From NCBI GenBank assembly GCA_963832165.1, contig CAWHTE010000003.1, positions 160,001 through 224,000 on the forward strand: a stretch of 64,000 nucleotides of DNA, in the 5' to 3' direction. Each line of letters begins with the position of its first letter. Position 1 is the first letter of the stretch. The notes beneath the pieces are model-generated. The model saw nothing but the letters and a program-made list of their open reading frames with translations, did no database searches and was not told the origin of the DNA. This document shows, piece after piece, positions 9,172 to 23,004 of this stretch. This DNA comes from an uncultured delta proteobacterium. GTDB lineage: Bacteria > Myxococcota_A > UBA9160 > SMWR01. A program made the translations under genes and the position numbers.

Positions 9172-9993
9172 TTGGGGACGCTCCACCTCGTGGCGACGCC
9201 GATCGGCAACCTCGAGGACGTGACGCTGCGCGCGCTGCGTGTGCTGCGCGAGGCCGAGCTCGTGCTCGCGGAAGACACGCGCCACACGCGCGTACTGCTC
9301 GATCGGCACGGGATCGCCGCGCAGCCGGTGTCGTTGCACGAACACAACGAAGCGCGCCGCAGCGAGCTCGCGCTCGAGGTACTCGCGCGCGGTGCGAGCG
9401 TGGCGCTCGTCTCCGATGCCGGCACGCCGCTCGTGTCGGATCCGGGCGAACGCCTCGTGCGCGCGGCGCTCGATGCGGGTCATGCAGTGTGCGCGGTGCC
9501 TGGGCCGTCGGCCGTGCTCGCAGCGCTGGTCGCCTCGGGGCTGCCGACCGGCGCGTTCTCGTTCGTCGGGTTCCCGCCGCGCAAGTCCGGCGAGCGCAAG
9601 GCGCTGTTCGAGTCGCTGCGCGACCGTGCCGAGACGCTCGTGTTCTTCGAATCGCCGCGCCGGATCGGTGCGACGCTGAGCGGGCTCGCCGACGCGCTCG
9701 GCGAGCGCCGCGCCTGCGTCGCGCGCGAGCTCACCAAGATCCACGAGGAGCTCGCACGCGGCACGCTCGCCGAGCTTTCGGCGCGTTTCGCCGAGGGCGC
9801 TCGCGGTGAAGTGACGCTCGTGGTGGAGGGTGCCCCCGCGCGCGCCGCGGCGCCCGACGAGCTCGTCGATGCGGCGATCCGCGCGCGATCGGCCGCGGGT
9901 GGCTCGGCCTCGGAGATCGCGCGCGACGTCGCGCGCGCGACTGGTGTGGCGCGCAGCGCGGTCTACGAGCGGATCGTGCGCGCGAAGGGCTGA
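9172..9993 (+). CDS. rsmI: 16S rRNA C1402 2'-O-methyltransferase
   Basis: VATPIGNLEDVTLRA, AEDTR, SDAGTPLVSDPG, ARELTKIHEE. Confidence 0.96.
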   Translation: MGTLHLVATPIGNLEDVTLRALRVLREAELVLAEDTRHTRVLLDRHGIAAQPVSLHEHNEARRSELALEVLARGASVALVSDAGTPLVSDPGERLVRAALDAGHAVCAVPGPSAVLAALVASGLPTGAFSFVGFPPRKSGERKALFESLRDRAETLVFFESPRRIGATLSGLADALGERRACVARELTKIHEELARGTLAELSARFAEGARGEVTLVVEGAPARAAAPDELVDAAIRARSAAGGSASEIARDVARATGVARSAVYERIVRAKG

Positions 9994-10856
9994 GCTCTGG
10001 TGTGGCGCCAGCGCGCCAACATCGCCACAGCCGCCGCGCAGAGCCACAGACCTCCGGTCGGCTCCGGCAGCGCCATCACGTCGAGGATCTCGTCGCGGTA
10101 GAACGATAGATCTGCGCTGAAGGTGAGGTTTCCGTAGAGGGAGCTCTCTGGGGGCTGATTCGAGTAGTTCGGTCCGATCGCGAACAGCAGCCCGGCCAGC
10201 TCCCAACCGGCCCCGTTCCAGGCGAACGCAGGTCCGCCCGAGTCCCCGATCGTCGCCTGGGCCTCGTGGGCCGAGCCTCCCTCATCGAAGGAGGTTCCGA
10301 ACGACCAGGTCTGGGTCCCGTCGAGCAGAGACATGAACAGGTGGGCGACTACGGAGTTGGTGCCCCAGCGCAGGCTCTGCCCGGTTCCCCACTCGTAGCC
10401 GTAGAAGGGCCCCGGCGGGTCGGGGCCATTGGGGTCACAGAACGTGGTCGGCCCGCGGTCGCGGCCGTTGCCAGCGAGGATCACCGCCGTGCCTTCGGTT
10501 GGCGTGACGCTGGCGATCGGCAGTGCCGGCAGCGGCGGCGTCGGATGGATCTGGAACATCAGGAGATCGGCGTACGTTCCATCCTCGTCGTTCGTGAGCT
10601 GGACGGCCGTACCCGGCACGTAGGAGTAGGTCACGCCGCCGAGCACGACGTTGCCCGGCCCGTTGTGGCCGGCCGTGAGCGCGAACCTTCCGCCGAGGTA
10701 GACGGCGGTCTTCACGCCGAGCGTTCCGACGTTGCCCCAGCCGGGATCCGGGACCGGAGCGGTCTTGTTGCCGGTGCCATCGCCCGAATCGATCACGACC
10801 GCCGAAGCCGCCGTGGCGAGCGCGATGAGCGCAGTGGTCACCGGTGCGAGTCGCAT
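9963..10856 (-). CDS. Secreted trypsin-like serine protease with PEP-CTERM sorting signal
   Basis: Signal peptide; LTAGH and GDSGGP catalytic motifs; C-terminal LPEP, hydrophobic helix and basic tail. Confidence 0.85.
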   Translation of the reverse strand: MRLAPVTTALIALATAASAVVIDSGDGTGNKTAPVPDPGWGNVGTLGVKTAVYLGGRFALTAGHNGPGNVVLGGVTYSYVPGTAVQLTNDEDGTYADLLMFQIHPTPPLPALPIASVTPTEGTAVILAGNGRDRGPTTFCDPNGPDPPGPFYGYEWGTGQSLRWGTNSVVAHLFMSLLDGTQTWSFGTSFDEGGSAHEAQATIGDSGGPAFAWNGAGWELAGLLFAIGPNYSNQPPESSLYGNLTFSADLSFYRDEILDVMALPEPTGGLWLCAAAVAMLARWRHTRAQPFARTIRS

Positions 10857-10869
10857 GGTGATTCTGAGT

Positions 10870-15569
<4,700 letters not shown>

Positions 15570-15570
<1 letters not shown>

Positions 15571-15625
15571 CAAGGAGGCCGACGAAGTCGGCCGACGCGC
15601 AGCGAGCCGAAGGCGAGCGAAGGCC
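15570..15625 (+). repeat. REP-like palindromic repeat, longest copy
   Basis: First 36 nt identical to 6597-6632; 3' part CGCGCAGCGAGCCGAAGGCGAGCGAAGGCC matches 1964-1993 and 1400-1423; lies between convergent genes. Confidence 0.85.
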
Positions 15626-15645
15626 GGCAGCCCGAGCGCGAGCGA

Positions 15646-16869
15646 TTAGCGAGCGCGAAGGCCCGGCTGGGGTGAGCGCGTCGCGGCGACCTCGATCAGC
15701 ACCTTCTCGAGCTTCTCGAAGTGGGACTCCCAGGTCCAGTTCGCCTCGACGAACGCGCGCGCGGCGCGCGCGAGAGACGTGCGCTGCTCGGCGTCGCGCA
15801 GCAGCCCGATCACCGCGTCCGCGGTGCTCGCTTCCTCGTCGCGCACGAGCAGGTGCTCTCCGGGCGTCGCGCCGATGCCCTCGTTGGCGGCCGACGTCGC
15901 CACCACGCCGAGCTCGCACGCCATCGCCTGCACGAGCTTGTTCTGCATGCCCGCGGCGATCCGCAGCGGCGCCACCGCCACTTCGGCACGGCACAGCCAA
16001 TCCGCCACGTCGGGCACCTCGCCGGTCACCTCGATGCTTCCGGCGTGCGCGAGCGCCAGGACCGAGCGCTGCGGATTGCGCCCGACGATCCAGAACTGCG
16101 CGTGCGGCACCGCTTCGACCACGCGCGGGAAGATCGCCTGCGCGAACCAGGTCGCGGCGTCGACGTTCGTGAACGTGGACATCACGCCGCTGATCACGAT
16201 CGCCCCGGGCGTGCGCTGCGCGGCGCGGACGCGCTCGAGCGGCGGGACATCCTGTCCGTGTGGACACACGATCGCGTGGGGCACTGGAGCCGTGCGCTCG
16301 AGCGCAGCGATGTCCGAGGGTCCGCACAGGAACACGCGGTCGAAGTCGGCCGCCGCGGCCACCTCCCAGGGGCGCACCTTGGCCGCCTCGATCCCGTAGA
16401 AGATCTTGCGCAGCGGGTCGCGCGAGTGCTCCACCATGCGGCCGAGGTTCAGCGCCTGACTCACCTGCATGCCCATCACCTTGGGAATCGGCAGGTGGCG
16501 CGTGTACTCGGCCATCCGGATCAGATGGGTGTAGACGAGGTCGTAGTCTTCGTTCGCGAAGAGCTCCGCGATCCGCGCGCGCATCGCTCCCGAGCGGTAG
16601 TACTGCGACTGCATCGGGGCCCGGAACGGCAGCGTGAGCGCGGTGCTCGCGTACGAGACCCACTTCGGCAGGCGTACGGCCTCGATCCGGCGGCACACCG
16701 CGCCGAGGCCCTCGCGCAACACGCGCTCGTCCTCGGCGCTCTCCACGGTGCACGCGAGGTCCACGCGGTGGCCGCGGGCGACCAGGAAGCGCACCAGGCG
16801 GTCGACGGTCATCGCGTCCGCCATCGTCGGCGGCCACGGCGGGCGCGCACACACGACCAGGAGCTTCAT
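15646..16869 (-). CDS. GT4 glycosyltransferase, PEP-CTERM-locus type
   Basis: MKLLVVCARPPWPP N-terminus; VAPLRIAAGMQNKLVQAMA GT4 motif. Confidence 0.88.
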   Translation of the reverse strand: MKLLVVCARPPWPPTMADAMTVDRLVRFLVARGHRVDLACTVESAEDERVLREGLGAVCRRIEAVRLPKWVSYASTALTLPFRAPMQSQYYRSGAMRARIAELFANEDYDLVYTHLIRMAEYTRHLPIPKVMGMQVSQALNLGRMVEHSRDPLRKIFYGIEAAKVRPWEVAAAADFDRVFLCGPSDIAALERTAPVPHAIVCPHGQDVPPLERVRAAQRTPGAIVISGVMSTFTNVDAATWFAQAIFPRVVEAVPHAQFWIVGRNPQRSVLALAHAGSIEVTGEVPDVADWLCRAEVAVAPLRIAAGMQNKLVQAMACELGVVATSAANEGIGATPGEHLLVRDEEASTADAVIGLLRDAEQRTSLARAARAFVEANWTWESHFEKLEKVLIEVAATRSPQPGLRAR

Positions 16870-18128
16870 GAGAGGCGCAGGACGTGCTTCCCCTGCACGC
16901 GCCACTCCGCGTCGCGCGCGTAGGCAGCGCTGCCGTGGCCGATCACGATCAGCTCGGCACTCGCAACGGCGTGCTCGAGGTCTTCGGTGAGCAGGCTGTT
17001 GATGTGGGGCAGCGAGCGCTCGAGATAGGCGCGATTCGAGCCGTGCAGCCGCGAGAGCAGCACCGCGGGATCGTGGATCGCCAGCGCGATGCCCTCGCCG
17101 ATCATGCGCTTCGCGAGCGCGAGCAGCGGGCTCTCGCGGAGGTCGTCGGTGCCCGCCTTGAACGCGAGGCCCAGGAGCGCCACGCGCCGCGCGCCCGACG
17201 CGAGCACCGCCTCGAACGCGCGATCGATCGGAATCTCGTTCGAGCGCAGCACGGCGTCGAGCATCGGAATCGCGACGTTCCTCTCGCGCGCGGCTGCGCC
17301 GAGCGCGCGCAGGTCCTTCGGCAGGCAGCTCCCGCCGAACGCGAAACCGGGCCGCAGGTAGAGCGGCGACAGGTTGAGCTTGGTGTCCTGAGCGAAGATC
17401 TCCATCACGCGCGCAGGATCGGCGCCCGCAGCCTCCCAGACGCGACCGACCTCGTTCGCAAACGTGACCTTGAGCGCGTGGAAGGCGTTGTCGGTGTACT
17501 TGATCGCCTCGGCCACCTCGAGCGGCACGGAGAAGCGCGGCGCGTCGACACGCGCGTAGAGCGCGAGGACGGGCGCGCCACCGCCGGGCTCGCGCTCTCC
17601 CACGAGGATGCGCGACGGCGCGTCGTAGTCGCGCAGCGAGCTGCCCTCGCGCAGGAACTCCGGGTTGGTGCACACGTCCCAACCGTCGCCCGCGCGTCGG
17701 CCCGAGGCGCTCTCGACCTCGGGCACCACGGTGCCGCGCGTGCTGCCCGGCAGCACCGTGCTGCGCACGACCACGCGATGATCCGGCGCGGCGAGCGAGA
17801 GCTTCGACCCGATCTGCCGCGCAACCTGCTGCACGTAGCCGAGGTCGAGCGAGCCATCGCTGCGGCTCGGCGTGCCGACGCAGATCAGCGACACCTCGGC
17901 TCCGTCGAGACCCTCCGCGGGATCGTCGCTCGCGCGCAGCCGGCCCGCCGCGATGCCCGCGGCGATCAGTTCCTCGACGCCGGGCTCGAGCACGGGCGAG
18001 CGCCCCGCGTTGAGCGCCTCGACCTTCGCCGCGGAGACGTCTACACCCACCACGTGGTGGCCGTCGCGCACGAGCGCGGCGGCCGTCACGGAGCCGACGT
18101 AGCCGAGCCCGAAGACGGCGACTCTCAC
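16866..18128 (-). CDS. GDP-mannose 6-dehydrogenase-like nucleotide-sugar dehydrogenase (AlgD-type)
   Basis: VFGLGYVG, NPEFLREG, NAFHALKVTFANE, YLRPGFAFGGSCLPKD, FKAGTDDLRESP. Confidence 0.88.
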   Translation of the reverse strand: MRVAVFGLGYVGSVTAAALVRDGHHVVGVDVSAAKVEALNAGRSPVLEPGVEELIAAGIAAGRLRASDDPAEGLDGAEVSLICVGTPSRSDGSLDLGYVQQVARQIGSKLSLAAPDHRVVVRSTVLPGSTRGTVVPEVESASGRRAGDGWDVCTNPEFLREGSSLRDYDAPSRILVGEREPGGGAPVLALYARVDAPRFSVPLEVAEAIKYTDNAFHALKVTFANEVGRVWEAAGADPARVMEIFAQDTKLNLSPLYLRPGFAFGGSCLPKDLRALGAAARERNVAIPMLDAVLRSNEIPIDRAFEAVLASGARRVALLGLAFKAGTDDLRESPLLALAKRMIGEGIALAIHDPAVLLSRLHGSNRAYLERSLPHINSLLTEDLEHAVASAELIVIGHGSAAYARDAEWRVQGKHVLRLS

Positions 18129-18132
18129 GGCT

Positions 18133-19881
18133 TCATCCGGCCGCGCCGGCGCGGCGCGGCGGCTGCCCGATCACGGGACCCAGCTGCGGGTTCTCGACGA
18201 GGAACGGCCCGATCGCGAGGTAGTCGAGGTGGCCGCGCATGAAGCTGCGCACGGCGTCCTGCGGAGTACACACGATCGGCTCCTCGTGCATGTTGAACGA
18301 GGTGTTCACGAGAGTGCCGACGCCCGTCCGCGCGCGGTACTCCTCGAGGATCCGGTGGAACGAGGCGTTGGTGCTCCTGCGCACGATCTGCGGCCGCGCC
18401 GTGCCGTCGACGTGTACGGCGGCGGGGCAGGTGCGCCGGAACGACTCCGAGCAGTCCGAGGTGATCGTCATGAACTCGGCCGCGTGCTCCGCACCGCGCA
18501 GCCCGGTGTAGCTCGTGTGGGTCTCGTCCTCGAGCGTCGCTGGCGCGAACGGCATGAACTCCGTGCGGTCGAGCCGCTTGTTCAGCCAGTCGTTCACGGA
18601 TGCGTCGGCGCAGTGATAGAGGATGGAGCGGTTGCCGAGCGAGCGCGGGCCGTATTCCATGCGGCCCGCGAAGCGCGCCACCACGCGCCCCTCGGCGAGC
18701 TTCTGTGCGATCACGGGCTCGACGGGGTTGCAGTGGCGTGCCTCGAGACCCTCGGCGCGAATCGCGGCGAGCATCTCGGCCTCGTCGTACTCCGGGCCGA
18801 GGTAGACGTTTTCGAGCCGATACGGGGCGAGCGCGCCGCGCTCTTCGGCGAGCCTCCACAGCGGCGCGCCGAACGCGAGCCCGCCGTCGCTCATCGCGGG
18901 CTGGACGAAGATCTGGCCGAAGCCCATCTCCTTCACGAGCTTGTTGAGCTTCACGTTCGCGAACACGCCGCCCGCGAGGCAGATCGGCTGGCCGTCGATG
19001 CGCGGGATCACCCGCTCGATCATGCGCATGACGTCGCGTTCGAGCAGGTACTGGATCGCCCACGCGAGGTCGGCGTTCGACCAGTCGCCGAATACCGTGC
19101 GGCGGATCTCGCGCAGCTCGGCGATCGCCGCCGCGAACGCGGGATCGCCCTGCGTCGATCCGTGCGTGGAGTGGAGCATGAAGAAATAGGGACGGCCTTC
19201 GCGCGCCGACCACACCTTCTCGATCCAGCGTTCGAGCACTCCGAGCAGGCGATCGTCGCGCGAGCCGTGCGCCGAGAGACCGGTGACCTTGCCCGCGTGC
19301 CGGTGCGGGTGATGGCCCAGCATCGCGGTCATGTACTCGTAGTTGTGTCCGACCGGGAACTCGGTGTGGAAGCGCTTCGTTACGGGGGTGAGTCGGCCCC
19401 CCTTGGCGCGGAACACGCGCGAGGACAGCGTGTCGCCGACGCCGTCGACCGTGACGACGTCCGCCTCGTCGAAGCCCGACGGGTAGTAGGCGCTCGCAGC
19501 GTGACAGGTGTGGTGGTCGACATACCTGCGCGGCGTTCCCGGGAACACGCCGCTCTCGCTCTGGTGCGAGCGCCCGAGCGCCACGTCGGCGAGCTTGCGG
19601 AACCGCTTCGGGTGGACGTCCTGGAGCTTGCCGTGGATCGCATTGTAGATCGCGAGCCGCAGCTCTCGCGGGAAGCGGCTCGCGAGCGGCAGCCCGCCGT
19701 GCGCGGCGCGCGCGCCGGTGAGGTCGTAGTGCTTCGACACGTGGGCCGCAGCGAGCTCGGGCCAGCCGCCCTGCATCTTGACCCGGCTGAAGCGCTCTTC
19801 GGCCGCGGCGAAACGCGGGCGTCCGTCCTCCTCGAGCAGGACCACGCTCGCCTCGTGACTGCGGTGAAAACCAATCAACAC
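18133..19881 (-). CDS. Carbamoyltransferase (NodU/CmcH family), copy 1
   Basis: AAAEERFSRVK, DHHTCHAASAY, LAGGVFANVKLN, EYGPRSLGNRS, FMPFAP, HVDGTARPQ, NTSFNMHEEPIV. Confidence 0.93.
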   Translation of the reverse strand: MLIGFHRSHEASVVLLEEDGRPRFAAAEERFSRVKMQGGWPELAAAHVSKHYDLTGARAAHGGLPLASRFPRELRLAIYNAIHGKLQDVHPKRFRKLADVALGRSHQSESGVFPGTPRRYVDHHTCHAASAYYPSGFDEADVVTVDGVGDTLSSRVFRAKGGRLTPVTKRFHTEFPVGHNYEYMTAMLGHHPHRHAGKVTGLSAHGSRDDRLLGVLERWIEKVWSAREGRPYFFMLHSTHGSTQGDPAFAAAIAELREIRRTVFGDWSNADLAWAIQYLLERDVMRMIERVIPRIDGQPICLAGGVFANVKLNKLVKEMGFGQIFVQPAMSDGGLAFGAPLWRLAEERGALAPYRLENVYLGPEYDEAEMLAAIRAEGLEARHCNPVEPVIAQKLAEGRVVARFAGRMEYGPRSLGNRSILYHCADASVNDWLNKRLDRTEFMPFAPATLEDETHTSYTGLRGAEHAAEFMTITSDCSESFRRTCPAAVHVDGTARPQIVRRSTNASFHRILEEYRARTGVGTLVNTSFNMHEEPIVCTPQDAVRSFMRGHLDYLAIGPFLVENPQLGPVIGQPPRRAGAAG

Positions 19882-19889
19882 GGCCCGGC

Positions 19890-21758
19890 CTACGTAGCAG
19901 ATCCGCCGGAGGCGGAGCAAAGCGAAACGGCCTCCACCGCATCGGTCGCCTGCGGCCGCCAGGTGAGTGCGAATCGCGGCGTCTGGAGCTCCACCGAGAT
20001 CTCGTCGCCGACGAGATCGAGCCGGGCGTCGCTGTCGACCGCCGCCGGTGAAATCCACCAGCCGCCGATCCAGGGCAGGTCGACGTCCGACACGATTCGG
20101 TGTCGGCGCATCGGGTGCGCCGCGCCGAACCGCTCGTGGAGAGCGGCGGCGCCGATCTCGGCCGCGCCGCGCAGCGGCGTGATCCGTGCCCGGGCGGACT
20201 CGTTGTCGGGATGCTCGTGCAGATGACTCTCGATCGTGTGGAGGCCGGAGCCCAGGACCGCGTCCAGCACGAGGATCCCCGCGTCGCCGACCGCCACGAG
20301 GCGGTGGTGCATCGGGCGGCCCGGCAGGAACGCGTACGCGTCGTGAGAGGCCGAGACCCAGTCCCAGGTTCCCGTGCGACCGCGAGCGGCGACGCGCGCC
20401 CTGCCGCGGCGCCCCACCCGGAAGCTGCTCCAGGCCTCGATCTGCTCCTCGCGGTCGAGCCGCAGCGTGTTGTGCGCCGCGGTGCTGCGGATCCGCTGCC
20501 GATCGGGGCCGGGGTCGTAGAGCAGCGTGCCCGTGTCGGTCACGACGCGATCCGCGCCGAAGCTGGCGTCGAACGAGAGGAGATCGGCGTGCGCATGGCC
20601 CATCTGTTCGTCTGGCGCGTGCGGGCCGACGCGCACCACGGCCCGCCAGCGCCCTCCGCAGAGCGGCGCGAGGCCCGCGCCGCGCTCGGGCGCTTCGGGC
20701 GCGATCGGTGCGACGAGCTCGCGCGCGGCCGCGAGCAGCGGCGGAACCGCCACCTCGCCGAGCCAGCCGTCGCCGAGCAGCGGGATCTCGCCGTCGCCCA
20801 GCGCCACCGCGGCCAGGAACCCCGTCGCACGCGCGAGCGCATCGTCCAGCCAGCGCGGACTCGCGTCGCCGAGCAGGAGGCGCACCTCGAGCAGATCGCG
20901 CGTGCACAGCGCGTGATAGAACGGCGCGCGCTCGATGTGGCAGCCGTCGGGCAGCATCTGCTCGGCGACCTCGCGCTCGAGCCACGCGAGTGCATCCCCG
21001 ATCCCGCCGACCAGCTCGTTCGCGAACACGAGCCCGACCACGTCCCGGAACAGATGGTTCCCGCGCAGATCGAGCTCGAGGTTGTCGCGCACGAACAGGC
21101 CGTGGCGGCCGATCTCGCGGCCGAGCGCGTCGGCGTGCGCGTTACCGCTGCGCAGGCCCAGGATCTGGCCGGCCACCGCCCAGTGCACGAGCCGCGTTGC
21201 CGCAGCGCGCGCGTTCCACGCGTCGAGCGCGAAGTCGCGGCAGCCGATCGGCGCGGCCGCGCGCCACTGGAGGACGAGGTCGAACAGCCGGTCGCGGTAG
21301 CGCGCGTCTCCGCTCGCGCGCACGGCGCGCGCGAGGTCCTCCGCGTAGCTCCACTCGTGCAATCCGGTCTTCCAGAGCCGCGTGCCCACGTCGAGATCGG
21401 GGCGGAACCAGTCGACCCGCTCGCCGAACTCGAGAGCGCGGCCATGAAACTCGAAGCGACCCGCGAGCGCGGCATCGGCCGCGGCGAGCGCCGCGTGCTC
21501 CGCCCGCGCTGCGATCCGGAACGCCGCGACGCGCGCGAGCCCAGGGTGATCCCAGCGCAGCGCGTGAAGCTGCGCCGCGCGCTCCGCATAGCGCGCGTCG
21601 ACTGCGGCCGAGTTGCGCTGCCAGCGCGCGCGACGCAGCCGATAGCGGATCCGGTGTGCGATCTGGCCCGGACGCAGGTGGCGCACCGTGCGCAGCGTCC
21701 GGGCGAGGGCGGCCGCGGTGGACAGGGCCGTCGCGCGATCGGTGGCGGCTTCCGTCAC
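19890..21758 (-). CDS. Heparinase II/III family protein
   Basis: LELDLRGNHL, EQMLPDGCHIERAPFYH, GHAHADLLSF, DTGT, RSTAAHNT; GTGA-coupled to the SGNH gene. Confidence 0.88.
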   Translation of the reverse strand: MTEAATDRATALSTAAALARTLRTVRHLRPGQIAHRIRYRLRRARWQRNSAAVDARYAERAAQLHALRWDHPGLARVAAFRIAARAEHAALAAADAALAGRFEFHGRALEFGERVDWFRPDLDVGTRLWKTGLHEWSYAEDLARAVRASGDARYRDRLFDLVLQWRAAAPIGCRDFALDAWNARAAATRLVHWAVAGQILGLRSGNAHADALGREIGRHGLFVRDNLELDLRGNHLFRDVVGLVFANELVGGIGDALAWLEREVAEQMLPDGCHIERAPFYHALCTRDLLEVRLLLGDASPRWLDDALARATGFLAAVALGDGEIPLLGDGWLGEVAVPPLLAAARELVAPIAPEAPERGAGLAPLCGGRWRAVVRVGPHAPDEQMGHAHADLLSFDASFGADRVVTDTGTLLYDPGPDRQRIRSTAAHNTLRLDREEQIEAWSSFRVGRRGRARVAARGRTGTWDWVSASHDAYAFLPGRPMHHRLVAVGDAGILVLDAVLGSGLHTIESHLHEHPDNESARARITPLRGAAEIGAAALHERFGAAHPMRRHRIVSDVDLPWIGGWWISPAAVDSDARLDLVGDEISVELQTPRFALTWRPQATDAVEAVSLCSASGGSAT

Positions 21759-22900
21759 GGTGCGCTCTGTTCGCTCTCCAGGACCGGTGCGAGCGCGCGC
21801 TCGAGCTGCGATGCGATCACTGCGTGCCCGGCTGGCGTCCAGTGATCGTCGTACATCGCTTCGCCCGCAGCGAGCTGTCGCGCGAGCGCCTCCGAAGGGT
21901 CGATCAGCGGGATGCCGATCTCGCTCGTGACACCGCGCAGCCACGGCAGCCACGTGTCGGAGACGGGCAGCTCGCCCGTGAGCTGCTTCTCTCCGCGCGG
22001 CACGTAGAGCACGAGCAGCGCCCGTCCATCGCTGCGCGCCGTGCTCGCCCATTCCGCGAGGATGCGGCGACCGAGCTCGCTCGCATGCGTGCGGTAGCGC
22101 TCGGGCCAGGTCGAGGGCAGGTCGTTCTGTTCCGGCACGGCGCCCGAGCGCGCGGTCATGCTCTGCGCGTCTTCGCGTGCCCTCCACGCGATGCCCTGGG
22201 TTCGCAGCATGGCGATCCGAGACCAGAGCACCTGCACGCTCAGCAGACGATCCTGGAGCAGCTTCCCGGCGCGGTACCAGCCCGGCAGCTGTTCGGGCGC
22301 GCGATTCCAGCGCAGTGCGTATCCGGGCGGATGGTCGTCGAGCACAGCGTAGGCCTTGGGCGTGGAGTTGCCGCCGTGGACCTCCTGGATCAGGAAATCG
22401 CTGTCGCCCGGATCGTTCTCGACGAAGGCATAGACCGCGACGTCGAGGTCGTAGCGCGGGGCCAGGACGCGGTAGGCATTGAAGCAGTGCAGCGTCCCCC
22501 AGCCCGACACACCCAGCCCGAGGGCTTCGACTCTGCGCTCTGCGATCTGTTCCGGAAGGAGTCGGAAGAACACGCTCGCGAGCGGAACCTGAGCCGCCTC
22601 GACGTACGAATCGCCAAAGATGCCGATGCGCGCCACGCCGGCGGGCTTGGCGGTCGCGTGCGGGACGTCCAGGAACCCCTCGGCGTTCGGCTCGCGCTCC
22701 ACATAGCGGACCTTGTTGTAGATCATGCGCGAGCCGTGGACGACCGAGAGCAGATCCGGCCGGTAGCGGCTCGAGCCGTAGAAGCCGGTCGGGAGCAGCG
22801 AGGGGAAGCTCCGCAGCGCGACTTCCGCGGCGCCCAGCGCCAGCAGCACCGAGACTCCGGCCATCACGAGATTCGCGAGCGCGGCGCGCCACCACTTCAT
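21755..22900 (-). CDS. Membrane-anchored SGNH/GDSL family protein (AlgX/AlgJ/DltD-like fold)
   Basis: N-terminal TM helix; FGDSYVE (block I), GVSGWG (II), END (III), DDHW (V). Confidence 0.85.
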   Translation of the reverse strand: MKWWRAALANLVMAGVSVLLALGAAEVALRSFPSLLPTGFYGSSRYRPDLLSVVHGSRMIYNKVRYVEREPNAEGFLDVPHATAKPAGVARIGIFGDSYVEAAQVPLASVFFRLLPEQIAERRVEALGLGVSGWGTLHCFNAYRVLAPRYDLDVAVYAFVENDPGDSDFLIQEVHGGNSTPKAYAVLDDHPPGYALRWNRAPEQLPGWYRAGKLLQDRLLSVQVLWSRIAMLRTQGIAWRAREDAQSMTARSGAVPEQNDLPSTWPERYRTHASELGRRILAEWASTARSDGRALLVLYVPRGEKQLTGELPVSDTWLPWLRGVTSEIGIPLIDPSEALARQLAAGEAMYDDHWTPAGHAVIASQLERALAPVLESEQSAP

Positions 22901-23004
22901 GAAACGCGACGAATGTAGCTACCCGCGCAGGCCCGCGACGAGCGCGACACCGCCAGCTCAGGCCGGTCGCGCCCCCTCGCGCGCGGCGATAGGCTGCTCG
23001 CGCA

